Shown here piece by piece: positions 18,339 through 35,669 of a stretch of DNA of 64,000 nt (the first letter of the stretch is position 1; every line of letters begins with the position of its first letter). The stretch covers positions 340,318,001 through 340,382,000 of the forward strand of contig OZ024741.1 of the NCBI GenBank assembly GCA_964016885.1, written 5' to 3'. Origin of the DNA: Eledone cirrhosa. Lineage: Eukaryota. Made by a program: the position numbers and the translations under genes. The notes beneath the pieces are model-generated. The model had not been told where the DNA came from. It saw only the letters and a list, made by a program, of their open reading frames with translations, and ran no database searches.

Positions 18339-20741
18339 ATGGATTACTACAACATAACCAATTCAACTAAAGACATTCCTATACCTGGTAAATCTGAATT
18401 CACCAAACTTCTTATTGAAAAAACTGACTCCTTCGTGAGAAGACTTAGATGGACAGCCTATTTCTATGACCAGCGCCTAAAAGGGAACTTCCATACCAAA
18501 GAACATAACTTCCTCGATCATCTATTTAATTCTAGACGAAATCCCCCTTCCAACAAAAATCTAGTACAATTCGAAGAAGAATTAACTAAAATAATAAAAA
18601 ATCTTAAATTCAAGAGATACCCTTACAAAGGACAAGAGCACCTTGTAAATCTCAAGAACACAATTTCTAACCTAAATTCCTCAAAAAATGTTTTAGTCCA
18701 CTCTGACAAAACCAATAACTTATATGGTATTTCCAAGGATAATTATAACAACCTTATCCTGAAGGAACTTAGGAAAAAGTATCGTAAAACCAACCATGAA
18801 AATTTAGAATACATAAACCTTGAAGCCTCTGAGATTATGTCAAAACTTGGCATTGAAAAAAAGACCGAACCATTCCTCCCAAGAACTCCGAGGATAAATC
18901 TCAAGGATCACAAAAACAATTTTCGCACTGAACTACCTGTTAGATTAATCGCCCCCTCTAAATCTGATCTGGGGGTTGTTAGTAAAGCCATCTTGGATAG
19001 AATTATCCCACAGGTTAGTTCTAATTGCTCTTCTTTGAACCTAAATTTATGGTTTGGTACTTCTGAAGTGATTGGCTGGTTCAACAAATTGGATAATAAA
19101 AACAAACTAAAATTTATTCAATTTGATATTGCCAGCTACTATTCCTCCATTTCGCCTTCACTTCTCAATAATGCTCTATCTTTCGCACTTAAATATTCTG
19201 ACATCACCACAGATGAACTTCACATCATCCTCACCGCACGTAAAACCATCCTAGAGTTCAACAACGAATATTGGACCAGAGCCGATACCTCTAACAACTT
19301 CGACATCACAATGGGAGCATCCGATTCATCCCAATTGACTGATTTAATTGGTATCTTTATTTTGAACTCTTTCAGTCGGAAAATTCCTCAACTTCGCGGT
19401 GGAATTTATCGTGACGATGGACTCTTTACTATCTTAAATTGCAATATAGTTAACCTTAATATTATTAAGAACAATATACGTAATCTCTTTAACCAACATA
19501 ACCTAAAAATTGAATTTGATAATAGTATCAAACTAGCTAATTTCTTGGATGTATCTCTTAATCTTGACACTGGCCTATATTACCCTTACCATAAAAACAA
19601 TGAGAACCTAAATTATGTTAACTTTAAATCTAACCGTCCTACCAATATCAAGAATGCTATAGTTAGTAATATTGGAAAAAGAATATCTAACATATCTTCT
19701 AATAAAAACATCTTTGATGCTAACGCCAATTACTATAATAACGCACTTTCTAAAGCCGGCTATCCAGATAAAATCAAATATAGTAAAGAAACAAATTCTA
19801 GAAAAACTTACAGTAGAATAATTAATCATGATCATTCCAATAATTTTAATAAAAGACCTAGATACAAAAACATAATCTGGTATAATGCTCCTTTCTCCAT
19901 CTCTATTAATAACAATATTCCTAAATTATTTTTTAGTGCCTTAAATAAATGCTTCCCTCCCTCATATATCTATAGTAAAATATTTAACAAACACACCATC
20001 AAATTTTCTTATTCTACATCCTCCAATATTTCCAACATCATCTCTAAACACAACAATAAAATACTAAATACTAAATCTCTTCCTTCCAACATTGAATTTC
20101 ATAATAACAGTAATAGTACTCCCGACGTCATTGTAAACCCGAGGCTAACTTCTGTAAACCCAAATACAACGTCAAACACAACTTCGCTAAATGTTCATAA
20201 TCCAACTCTAAATCAAGAAACTATTATTCCTATTATTCCTATCGCAAACAACTTCTCCAATCCAATTCCTTCTATAGATAACACTAGGTCACTCATTAAT
20301 AATCTCTCTAATTGCAACTGCCGCATTAAAAATAAATGTCCTCTCAACAACCATTGTCTTGATAAAAACTTAATTTATGAATGTAAAGTTATAACTAGCA
20401 CCAATTCCTTCACCTATTTTGGCTCCACTTCCACCTCTTTTAAAGCTCGTCTCTATAATCACCATTCATCTTTTAAATACAAACTTAAAAGAACCAACAC
20501 GGCTCTCTCAGAACTCATATGGTCCTTGAAAGACAAAAACATTAAATATACCATCTTTTGGAAGAAGGTTTCTTCTGCTTCCTCATACTTGAACAGCTCT
20601 CTATCTAAAATCTGTAATCTCTGCCTAAATGAAAAATTTACCATTATCTCTAATCTAGATTCTATAATAAATAGACGTACAGATTTGTTTTCTATCTGCC
20701 TGCATAAATTCCATAGGACTTTTCACAAAATATACAGCTAA
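18339..20741 (+). CDS. PLE reverse transcriptase + GIY-YIG endonuclease (~800 aa; alternative in-frame ATG at 18312)
   Basis: Motifs SDKT (DKG-like), QFDIASYYSSI, MGASDSSQLTDL, YRDD, FLDV; linker CNCRIKNKCPLNNHC; endonuclease LIY..YFG..R..H..CNLC..E..C.H. Confidence 0.93.
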   Translation: MDYYNITNSTKDIPIPGKSEFTKLLIEKTDSFVRRLRWTAYFYDQRLKGNFHTKEHNFLDHLFNSRRNPPSNKNLVQFEEELTKIIKNLKFKRYPYKGQEHLVNLKNTISNLNSSKNVLVHSDKTNNLYGISKDNYNNLILKELRKKYRKTNHENLEYINLEASEIMSKLGIEKKTEPFLPRTPRINLKDHKNNFRTELPVRLIAPSKSDLGVVSKAILDRIIPQVSSNCSSLNLNLWFGTSEVIGWFNKLDNKNKLKFIQFDIASYYSSISPSLLNNALSFALKYSDITTDELHIILTARKTILEFNNEYWTRADTSNNFDITMGASDSSQLTDLIGIFILNSFSRKIPQLRGGIYRDDGLFTILNCNIVNLNIIKNNIRNLFNQHNLKIEFDNSIKLANFLDVSLNLDTGLYYPYHKNNENLNYVNFKSNRPTNIKNAIVSNIGKRISNISSNKNIFDANANYYNNALSKAGYPDKIKYSKETNSRKTYSRIINHDHSNNFNKRPRYKNIIWYNAPFSISINNNIPKLFFSALNKCFPPSYIYSKIFNKHTIKFSYSTSSNISNIISKHNNKILNTKSLPSNIEFHNNSNSTPDVIVNPRLTSVNPNTTSNTTSLNVHNPTLNQETIIPIIPIANNFSNPIPSIDNTRSLINNLSNCNCRIKNKCPLNNHCLDKNLIYECKVITSTNSFTYFGSTSTSFKARLYNHHSSFKYKLKRTNTALSELIWSLKDKNIKYTIFWKKVSSASSYLNSSLSKICNLCLNEKFTIISNLDSIINRRTDLFSICLHKFHRTFHKIYS

Positions 20742-21046
20742 TATTCAATTCTTTATCAATTTAGAATCTTTTCTCAAAGGCACATATACATACACCTCTT
20801 TAAAATATACCCATCTTCCTACCTTACTTCAAAGTGCATTATACACTTTTAATACTTGTTTACTCATTACCCTCATTCTATCTTCACCTTGTAAAATCCT
20901 TCATAACATATACATTTGCTTTTCTGACGTTAGAATATTCATCCGCAATTATTATTATTTTTTCTCTCTATCATAAAACTTTTTAATCTCAATTTCATCC
21001 TTAATTTATTATTTTTTTCTCCCCATCAACGAACTCATTCTTAATA

Positions 21047-21830
21047 CATATTAACTCTTTCTTCGCACATATTATCAACTCCTTCAATATACAAACCTTA
21101 ACTTCACATTATTTTTCTCAAATCATCTAATACACAAACCTTAATAATTTTTTAATACATATTAACTCTTTCTTCGCACATATTATCAATTCCTTCAATA
21201 TACAAACTTTAACTTCACATTATTTTTCTCAAATCCTTCTACACACAAACCTTAATAATTTTTTCTCTTCGTTAATTTTGAAATTGCCACAATACTTATC
21301 AACATACACCTTTTTGACGTTAGAATATTCATCCGCAATTATTATTTTTTCTCTATATCTTCATACATAAACTACCTTTCTTTCCTCGTACATATTTTTC
21401 CCTTCGTTAATTTTCAAATTCTTTTAATTTATACATTATCTTCCAACGGTTCTCAACCTGTCTATGTAAAACAATATATCTTTTCTCAGTTATAAAAACT
21501 ATCTCTTTCTCTCTATCACCCATCTCTCCCTCTCCACCTTCACTCTCATCTCCTCCCCTTTTTTCATCCTTTCCACCCCCCCCCTCCCTAAATAAAATAT
21601 TTTTTCCTCGTACATATTTTTCCCTTCGTTAATTTTCAAATTCTTTTAATTTATACATTATCTTCCAACGGTTCTAAACCTCTCTATGTAAAACAATATA
21701 TCTTCTCTCAGTTATAAAAACTATCTCTTTCTCTCTATCACTCATCTCTCCCTCTCCACATTCACTCTCATCTCCTCCTCTTTTTCATCCTTCCCCCCCC
21801 CCTCTCTAAATAAAATATTTTTCCCAATAT
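21047..21830 (+). repeat. Internal tandem duplications (~110 bp x2, ~220 bp x2) in PLE1 3' UTR
   Basis: catattaactctttcttcgcacatattatc occurs twice and tttcctcgtacatatttttcccttcg occurs twice; both pairs are also present in the other pLTR copies. Confidence 0.85.
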
Positions 21831-21918
21831 CACACATCAATCTAAAACCACTTTTCATATGTTGATTTAAAACTGCACTATCCACAAGTGTTTTTTAGCC
21901 TTCATATCATGTTCTCCT

Positions 21919-21987
21919 GTTTTATCTGATGAAAACACAAATATTATTGCATGATGATGTTTGTTTTTGAAATGCGCATAATAAAAT
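21919..21987 (+). ncRNA. Hammerhead ribozyme in downstream pLTR of PLE1
   Basis: Same motif as 18065-18133, 3854 bp downstream. Confidence 0.88.
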
Positions 21988-22114
21988 ACATGGAACTCAT
22001 TTAACCATCTTTTGATCTTATATTATGTATACTCCAGTCCTACAAACTGTAGAGTGCTTCTTATCCGATATCTGCATTGCTTTATTGTACTACAATAAAA
22101 CTCACCTCCTACAT

Positions 22115-23831
<1,717 letters not shown>

Positions 23832-26646
23832 TCATCATCATCACCGTTTTACGTCCGTTCTTCCACGCTAGCATGGGTTAGACGGGTTGTCCTGTTGTGG
23901 GCAGTGTCTGGTCGGCTGACCATGCCTTGCTCATACAGGAACTGATCTGGCTTGATTTCTACAGCTGGATGCCCTTCCTAACACCAACCTCATTTACAGT
24001 GAGTGCTGGGTGCTTTTTCGTGGCGCCTACACGTCCACTTTACAGTGTGGGCTGGGTGCTTTTTTGCCGTGGCACCTCCACGACCACCTTGCGGTGGGGG
24101 GGGGCATATTGTTTATATGCTTCAGCATGTACCCATGGGAGGTCGGGTACCCTGTATTACTGCGTGACGCCAGAAGTCACGGTCGTGTGTCATTGACTTT
24201 GAGAGGTGTAGTTGGGTAAGGTCGGCTTTTATCACCTCATCCCAAGTCATCTTGGGTCTCCCCACTCCGCGGTTTCCATCAACTTCTAGTGCTCTGCACC
24301 TTTTTATGCAGCTGTCATCCTTCATACGCATCACATGTCCATACCAGCGTAACCGCCTCTCCTGCACGCAGCATTTGATTCCTCTTATGCTCAGTCTCTC
24401 TCTCAATTCCTTTATGCTTTGTCGTTCACGTATATTACTGTTACACATCCATCGGAGCATGCAGGCTTCGTTTCTCTCTAATCTACGTAAGTCTTCCACC
24501 TTCAGCGCCCAGGTCTCACTACCATGCAACATCGCTGTTCGGATACACGCATCATACAGTCTGCCTTTCATTCTGAGGGAGAAGCCTTTTGCAGCTAGCA
24601 GTGGTAGTAGTTCCCTAAACTTCTTCCATCCCGTTCTTACCCTAGTTATTGTACTTTCTGAGCACCCACCTCCGTTGCTAATTCGGTCACCTAGGTAGCA
24701 GAAGCTGTCTACTGTTTCTACAGGGCCCTCCCAGAGATTGGTGGTACTTGTTTCCTGTGGCTGTTTGCTTGCTGTTTCAGCACAGCTGCTGCATGTGAAT
24801 CCTACATTCTTAATTAAGCTTCCTGAGATCCCGCTACATCTCTTGTGTACCCATTGTTTGCATTTGGGGCAGAGAATGGAGTTCCTACCTACACCTTTCC
24901 TACATACTGAGCAAGGCCATTTCCCTGAGGGGATCTGGGTTCTGTTTTCTCGTCTACTTATAAGGACCTTAGTCTTTGTCATGTTGACTTTGAGGCCCTT
25001 TCTCTCTAGTCCCTGCTTCCAGGTTTGGAATTTATTCTCTAGTTCTACCATAGATTCAGCTATGAGTGCGAGGTCATCAGCATACAGGAGTTCCCATGGG
25101 CATCCGGTCTTAAACTCCTCCGTTATTGCCTGCAGGACTATGATGAACAGGAGAGGGCTAAGAACAGAGCCCTGGTGAACCCCAACCTGTACGCTAAATT
25201 CCTCGCTATACTCATTGCCAATCCTAACTTTGCTGACTGCTCCCCTATACATGGCTTGTACCGCTTTCACAAGCCATTCATCTACTCCTAGTTTTCTAAG
25301 AGCACACCAGATTACTGCACGTGGAACTCTGTCAAAGGCTTTCTCAAGGTCGACAAATGCCAAGTAGAGTGGCTTACTTTTAGCTAGGTACTTTTCCTGT
25401 AATTGCCTCACAAGGAAGAGGGCATCAGTGGTGCCTTTCCCTGGTACAAACCCAAATTGCATCTCGTCTATATTCACCCGGTCCCTAATCAGCTGTGCTA
25501 TAACTCTTTCTGTTACTTTCATGACCTGGTCCATCAACTTTATACCTCTATAGTTTCCTCTATCTAGTGCATCGCCTTTACCTTTGTAGCAGTTGACAAT
25601 GATGCTACTGCACCAATCTTTTGGTATGGCCCCCTCTAGTATTACCTGGTTAACGATACGTATGGTTATAGTGTGACCTACAGACCCAGATGCCTTCAGC
25701 ATCTCGGCAGCTATACCCGATGGACCGGTTGCCTTCCCTATCTTCATATCTCTGATTGCCTTACTTACTACGCTGCCGCTGACTTGTACTGCTGGTCCCT
25801 CTGTAGGGTCTACGTGGGGTAGGGTCTCTTCTTCCCATGCATTCTCCTCATTTAGTAATCTATCATAATGACTCTTCCATGCATCTTTCTTCTCAGCACT
25901 TGTGAGGGCAAGCTCACCTTTATCATTCCGGATACACTTCTCTCCAATGACATCACAACTATCTCTGACACACTGCCTCGCAATCTTGAATACCTCCTGT
26001 TTCTGGTCCTCACGTTGTAAAACGTGCTTGAATTTTCTATCCTCTGCTTCCCTCCTAGCTAAGTATACTTGTCGCCTAGCTTCCCTCTTGGTCTCTATGT
26101 AATGTACCCTGCTCCCCCCGTTCTTCCATTCTTTCCATGCCTGTCTCTTGGCCTTGACTGCTTCATCTACCTTATTGTTCCACCACCAAGTCACTCTCCT
26201 CCTGCTTGAGGTCTTACTCCAGCCACAAACCTCATCCGTCGCCTCTAGTAAATTATTTTTTAGGAACTCCCAGTTCTCTTCTATGTTAAATGTCTCTATC
26301 TGTTCTTCTTTACTGTCGTAGGCGTTGAGTAAAATATCTTTAAATCTGTTACTGGTTGAGGGGACTTTCAGCTTCCAGATCTTTCTTCTCCAGGTTGGCC
26401 TCTGTTTCAGGGCTCGGCTAGTTCTGACCGTGAGGTCACTGACAACTAAGCTATGTTGGGATGTACATTCCTCACTAGGGAAGGCTTTTGTGTTTACGAC
26501 CGTCCATCTGTCACGTCCTCTGATGAGGATAAAATCTAACTGACTAGAGTGCTCCCCTGATCTATAGGTGATCAGGTGGTTGTCGGGTTTTTTAAAGTTT
26601 GTGTTACATATCGACATGTCATTGGCGTCGCAGAATTCTAGAAGTC
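23832..26646 (-). mobile_element. RTE-A LINE, young copy truncated by the assembly gap
   Basis: Open frame 24122-26646 covers the APE end, RT ([20 protein letters not shown]) and a PHD-like finger; (GAT)n tail. Confidence 0.95.
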
Positions 26647-26846
26647 NNNNNNNNNNNNNNNNNNNNNNNNNNNNNNNNNNNNNNNNNNNNNNNNNNNNNN
26701 NNNNNNNNNNNNNNNNNNNNNNNNNNNNNNNNNNNNNNNNNNNNNNNNNNNNNNNNNNNNNNNNNNNNNNNNNNNNNNNNNNNNNNNNNNNNNNNNNNNN
26801 NNNNNNNNNNNNNNNNNNNNNNNNNNNNNNNNNNNNNNNNNNNNNN
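26647..26846. other. Assembly gap
   Basis: 200 N. Confidence 1.
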
Positions 26847-28055
<1,209 letters not shown>

Positions 28056-28214
28056 TACATGGACACACTAGAAGAGGAAGACCAAGGTTAACATATGTTG
28101 ATGCCCTAAGGACAGACACTGGTCTGTTGGAGATGCAGGATATGGCAGCGATAATGAGGGACAGAGACCGCTGGAGAGAACTCGTCCATGGATCTCGGGA
28201 ATTTTACCCGCCTT

Positions 28215-28216
<2 letters not shown>
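28056..28216 (+). mobile_element. RTE-B extreme 3' fragment
   Basis: [22 protein letters not shown]..; ends ccttag(at)n. Confidence 0.85.
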
Positions 28217-28293
<77 letters not shown>

Positions 28294-28406
28294 TATATAC
28301 ATATATATATATATATATTCATATATATATATATTTATATATACATATATATATACATATATATATGATATTAAATAAATGGAAACTATATTTATAAAAC
28401 CATATT

Positions 28407-28471
28407 TATTTCATTATATATATTTCAGGGATATCATATTAACAATATGTTATGCCTTCTTCAGACAAAAT

Positions 28472-28472
<1 letters not shown>
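28407..28472 (-). ncRNA. Hammerhead ribozyme of a small repeated element (other copies 32592-32657 +, core-mutated 30393-30458 -, partial ~31738-31810 +)
   Basis: tattttgt CTGAAGA agg..catatt-gtt-aatatg..cct GAA ATATATAT A atgaaata. Confidence 0.8.
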
Positions 28473-28511
<39 letters not shown>

Positions 28512-28561
28512 TATATATATATATTTATATATACATATATATATATATATATTCATAGATA

Positions 28562-29282
28562 TAGATAAATCTACCAAGAGTTTACGGTAGTGTCCAATCC
28601 GTATGAAGAACTCAATGTAATCAGGTTATCATGGAAAGAGATGCATTAAAAAATCACTTTCGGTGAAAGATAAACGGAATACAGAGTCAAGATAAAATAT
28701 TAAAAAAATAATGAATAAAACAATGAAACAGTTCCTTATATTAAACAAAAAAAGTTCATTATTTAACGATCGTTTCTGGGATATATATGTGTTAGAATTG
28801 GCATGTATATATAACAGATCTATGTACATAACAGATCTATGTACAAAACTATACAAAATTATACAAACTATCAAAATTAAATATACATACCAACTCATAT
28901 ATATGCCGTCTTCAGAAATAATTTTTATTAAATAATCATTATTCTGAAGACGGCATATATATGAGTTGGTATGTATATTTAATTTTGATAGTTTGTATAA
29001 TTTTGTATAATTTTGTACATAGATCTGTTATATATACATGCCAATTCTAACACATATATATCCCAGAAACGATCGTTAAATAATGAACTTTTTTTGTTTA
29101 ATATAAGGAACTGTTTCATTGTTTTTATTCATTATTTTTTTAATATTTTATCTTGACTCTGTATTCCGTTTATCTTTCACCGAAAGTGATTTTTCATTGC
29201 ATCTCTTCTTTCCATGATATCCTGATTACATTGAGTTCTTCATACGGATTGGACACTACCGTAAACTCTTGGTAGATTTATC

Positions 29283-29286
<4 letters not shown>
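28562..29286. mobile_element. Palindromic solo pLTR pair of PLE2
   Basis: 28562-28921 is the reverse complement of 28937-29286. Each arm has the PLE2 HHR (28757-28921 -, 28937-29085 +) and ends atcta(ca)-(ta)n. Confidence 0.88.
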
Positions 29287-29314
<28 letters not shown>

Positions 29315-29318
<4 letters not shown>

Positions 29319-29940
29319 TTTTAATTTTTGTTAACCTATAATTATATTCCACTATAGATAAAATACAAAATCTGATTTAATTATTATAAACCTAATTAAC
29401 ATATACTATAGAATTTAATATATAATTTTTAATTTAGTTAACCTATAATTTATATTCTACTACCGATGAATACTTGATTTGGTTTTCCCTTTTACTAAAT
29501 TCATTTCCTAATATTGATACCATAATGTTAATATTTTTAATTTAGTTATGCTATAATTAATACTCTACTACTGTTTAACTTCAAAATTCCGCTTCAAATA
29601 TTATAAACCTAAGTAGTATACACCTTAGAAATCAATATATTAACTATTTTTAATTTAGTTAACCTATAATTAATAGTATACTTATATTAAAATGCATAAA
29701 TTTTGCCTTCTTTCTTACATTTCCTAATACTAAAACTACTATGTAAACACATATTATGATCTAAATGCAGATTAATATTCTTATTTACTATTTCCCACTA
29801 ATAATTGTAATCCCCTCCCCCCTATAATTATTTGTATTTGTAAGCGTTGATGTATGTGTATGTAAGTAGGTATGTATGTTTGAGTGTTTGTATGTGAGTA
29901 TAAAAATACATATGTGCGCATGTAAATAAGTGTGTATGTC

Positions 29941-29984
<44 letters not shown>

Positions 29985-30127
29985 TATGTGTATATATATG
30001 TATGTGTATATATATGTGTATGTATATATGTGTGTGTATGTATATGTATATGTCTATGTATATATATGTGTGTATGTATATATGTATGTGTGCGGGTGTA
30101 TGTGTATATATATTTGTAGAGAGTGTG

Positions 30128-30163
<36 letters not shown>

Positions 30164-31813
30164 CATAATTGTCTGACTGTGTGTATTTATTTTTTTTTTT
30201 TCTTTATATATATATATATATATATAGGTGTGTGTGTATGTATATATATATATATATATACATGGAAAGTTATATTTAAATTGTTGGGTTACAACTAGTA
30301 AATATTTATAACTGATATAAAAGCACTCGACAAGTATTTGGAGTATATTTACGATATTAAATAAATGGAAACTATATTTATAAAACCATATTTATTTCAT
30401 TATATATATTTCAGGGATATCATATTAACAATATGCTATGCCTTCCTCAAACAAAATACAATATAGACAGTTTTATAGATAAATAGATTTGACATACCGT
30501 TCAACATCGACTTGTATTTGAAAAGTTGAATTGGCAGTGAAAAAATTGTAAACAGAAAGAAAGAAAGAGAATAAAGGAAAGAAAGACAGAAAACGAAGAA
30601 AAAGAAGAAAAAGAAGAAATGCATGGAACAAAATAGAGAGATGGAAAGATAGATAAAGAGAAGAACTTCATGTAAAGAAACAGAGAGAGATATATATATA
30701 GAGAGGAAATAGATAGAGATAGATATATATATAGAAAAATAGGTAGTTGGACATCCGTTGAATAAACGTATCAATGATACATTTATTTATTTATTTATTT
30801 ATTTATTTAGCTCTAGTATTAATGTAAGGGAGATATATGTGGTTAGGAGAGAAACCAGCTGTTATATAGAGAGAAAAATGAAAAGTAACCAGACATAGGC
30901 GAGGCATAAAAACCCTATGTTTTAATGTAGAAGTATTAGTATGTATAAAAACCAGGCACTATAATGTAAATATCAGTATTCCTGAATGAGACACGTATCC
31001 ATAATGTGTGAAAAGTAATGATCTTATGTTTAGTTTTAAAAATTCATATGTTTATATGATAACTACAAACATCGATGTGAATTTACATGATCAACTCTGC
31101 AAACCATAAGTTCACACGGAAAACATTCTCATTGTGCTATAAAAATTTAAGTATACATATATGTGTATATATATACACATATATATAGAGTCTATATTAC
31201 TACTATTCTTGTCTTTACTCTACATGATTATCTATCAAGCAGAAATAGAGAACAGATTTCAATATATTAATAAAAATATATCAGAAACAAAAACCAAAAA
31301 ATAATAATAATAATAATAATAAATAATAATAATAATAAAATAGAAAACTAAAAAATATTACATATTAAAAATATTACATATTAAAAATAAAAATATTAGA
31401 AAATACTACAATAATAAAAATAAACCACAAAGATCGACCCTTCAAAATTAATTGACAATATATTGCCAAGTTCATTATAAGCATCAGAGTCGAAAACAGA
31501 TAAAGCTAAAAATTATTTATCAAATCGCGTCTAGCAAAAATCATTTCAAAAAGTTTAGGATGCCCATTTGGTCTACATGTGTTCTTATATTTAATATAGA
31601 AGTTTATCTGGTGTAACGTTTATTCGAAATATTTGGAGCATCAACTTTTAGGGTAGTTTAATTTTTCATGAAGAATGTTTAAATAAAAATAAAAATAAAA
31701 AGAAGAATAAAGATTTATCGGCTAGTTTCCCAAATAATTAATATGATATCCCTGAAATATATATAATGAAATAAATATGGTTTTATAAATATAGTTTCCA
31801 TTTATTTACTATC

Positions 31814-31855
<42 letters not shown>

Positions 31856-32232
31856 ATCTATATGTGTGTGTGTATGTGTATATATATTTGTGTGTATGTG
31901 TATATCTCTCTCTCTATATATATATATATATACATATATATATGTATATGTGTGTATGTATATCCCTTTATTTATCTATGTCTGAGTTGTGTGAATGTGT
32001 GGTTGTATGTGTACATACATACATAGATACGTGTGTGTGTGTGTGTATATATACGTGTATATATATGTGTGAGTGTGTGTATATATATATATGTGCGTGT
32101 ATGTGTATATATATATGTATATATGTGTGTATATATGTGTGTATATATGTGTGTGTATGTATATATGTATATGTATGTATATGTGTATATATGTGTGTAC
32201 ATATGTGTGTATATATATGCGTGTGTTGAGAA

Positions 32233-32277
<45 letters not shown>

Positions 32278-32694
32278 ATGCATGTGTGTCTATGTATTTG
32301 TATGTGTATGTGTCTCTAAGTATATGTGTATGTATATGTGCGTGTATATATGTATGTATGTGTGTGTGTATGTATATATATGTGTATATATATATGTATG
32401 TATATATATATATATATATATATGGAAAGTTATATTTAAATTGTTGGGTTAACAACGAGTAAATATTTATAACTGATATAAAAGGACTCAACAAGTATTT
32501 GGAGTATATTTATGATATTAAATCAACCTCACAAATGCAAGGTGATTGAAAGGTATGTCGTATCTATTTATTTATAAGACTGTTTATATTCTATTTTGTC
32601 TGAAGATGGCATAACATATTGTTAATATGATATCCCTGAAATATATATAACGAAATAAATATGGTTTTATAAATATAGTTTCCATTTATTTAAT

Positions 32695-32738
<44 letters not shown>

Positions 32739-33570
32739 TATATCGGTGTGTATTTTATGTATGAGTATATATTTTATTTGTTTTGTTTTTTTATATATTT
32801 CTTTTTATTTCTAAATTTATAGATACATTCTATAAATAGGCAGTTATGACACCCTTAGTAATTACTGAACTCCTCCACCATCTTCTGCATATAGATGTAA
32901 GAATGTAAGTGGCAGTGTTTTTGTGTTTGCGCCTTAATGTCCATGTAGTTATAATAATAATATATACATATGTGAGTGTGTGTGTGTGTGTGTGTGTGTA
33001 TATGTTCGTGGGTATGTGTATGTTTATGTCTATATGCGCGTGTGTGCGTGAATGTATGTATATGTGTGTGTATATATGAGTGTGTATATATGTTTATATA
33101 CGTATGTGTATTTTATCTGTAGATTATAAACAGACAGAGACATTAGCCCTGAATTTTTGTATTTGTATACATTTTTTCGACATGCATATGCATGTGAGCA
33201 TATATTCTTATGCATATCTGTGAACGAAGTTACTTACATATATACACGCACCTAACTGTATTTTCTCGATATATTTTTGTGTATTTCATTGGTCAATTTG
33301 AACTCTGTTCCCAAACAGACCTGTAATTTTGAATTATTGTTATTATCAATAAATATATTTCATTATTTCTGAAGACGGCATATGTATGTGTTGGTATGTA
33401 TATTAGATTTGATAGTTTGTATAATTTTGTATAATTTTGTACATAGATCTGTTGAATATGCATGCCAATTCTAACACATATATGTCCTAGAAACGATCGT
33501 TAAATAATGAACTTTTTTTGTTTAATATAAGGAACTGTTTCATTGTTTTATTCATTATTTTTTTAATATT
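29315..33570 (+). mobile_element. Diverged 3' portion of PLE2 with nested insertions
   Basis: 29315-~30190 resembles 37738-~38990, and ~32790-33570 resembles ~40720-41508, including the HHR at 33361-33509. Confidence 0.75.
32592..32657 (+). ncRNA. Hammerhead ribozyme
   Basis: tattttgt/acgaaata stem I, CTGAAGA, GAAA, ATATATAT stem III, A at the cleavage site. Confidence 0.78.
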
Positions 33571-34952
<1,382 letters not shown>

Positions 34953-35669
34953 TGTAGATAAATCTACCAAGAGTTTACGGTAGTGTCCAATCCGTATGAA
35001 GAACTCAATGTAATCCGGATATCATGGAAAGAAGAGATGCAATGAAAAATCACTTTCGGTGAAAGATAAACGGAATACAGAGTCAAGATAAAATATTAAA
35101 AAAATAATGAATAAAACAATGAAACAGTTCCTTATATTAAACAAAAAAAGTTCATTATTTAACGATCGTTTCTAGGATATATATGTGTTAGAATTGGCAT
35201 GCATATTCAACAGATCTATGTACAAAATTATACAAAATTATACAAACTATCAAAATTAAATATACATACCAAACACATATATATGCCGTCTTCAGAAATA
35301 ATGAAATATATTTATTGATAATAACAACAATTCAAAATTTCAGGTCCGTTTGAGAACAGAGTTCAAATTGACCAATGAAAATATAAAAAATTTTATGCAG
35401 TTTGGTGTGTGTATATACATGTAATTAACTTCGTACACATATTTACATGAAGATATATGTTCACATGCATACGCATGCCAAAAAGATGTATGCAAATACA
35501 AAAATTCAAGGCTAATGTCTCTGTAAGTCTATAATCCACAGATAAAATGCGTATAGACACATAAATATGAAATAAATGTATAGACATACTCATATACTCA
35601 CACATATTCGTACACTCACACACACACGCGCGTATATGCATAAACATACACATAACTACGAACATACAT

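Larger units (their letters stand above)
15269..22114 (+). mobile_element. Penelope-like element PLE1 (GIY-YIG EN+), complete insertion
   Basis: Inverted pLTR at 15269-16522, direct repeat 16530-18260 = 20384-22114, intact ORF, and (TA)n on both flanks. Confidence 0.95.

Noticed and set aside
24252-26543. ORFs antisense to RTE copies (also 46907-47536, 48836-51385, 55015-56391, 57181-57903)
   Set aside because: They are shadow frames of LINE coding sequence with no independent support.
30978-31020. ctgaatga gacac..gtgt gaaa motif
   Set aside because: Core spacing is wrong and there is no convincing stem I or III; it may be chance or heavily decayed.
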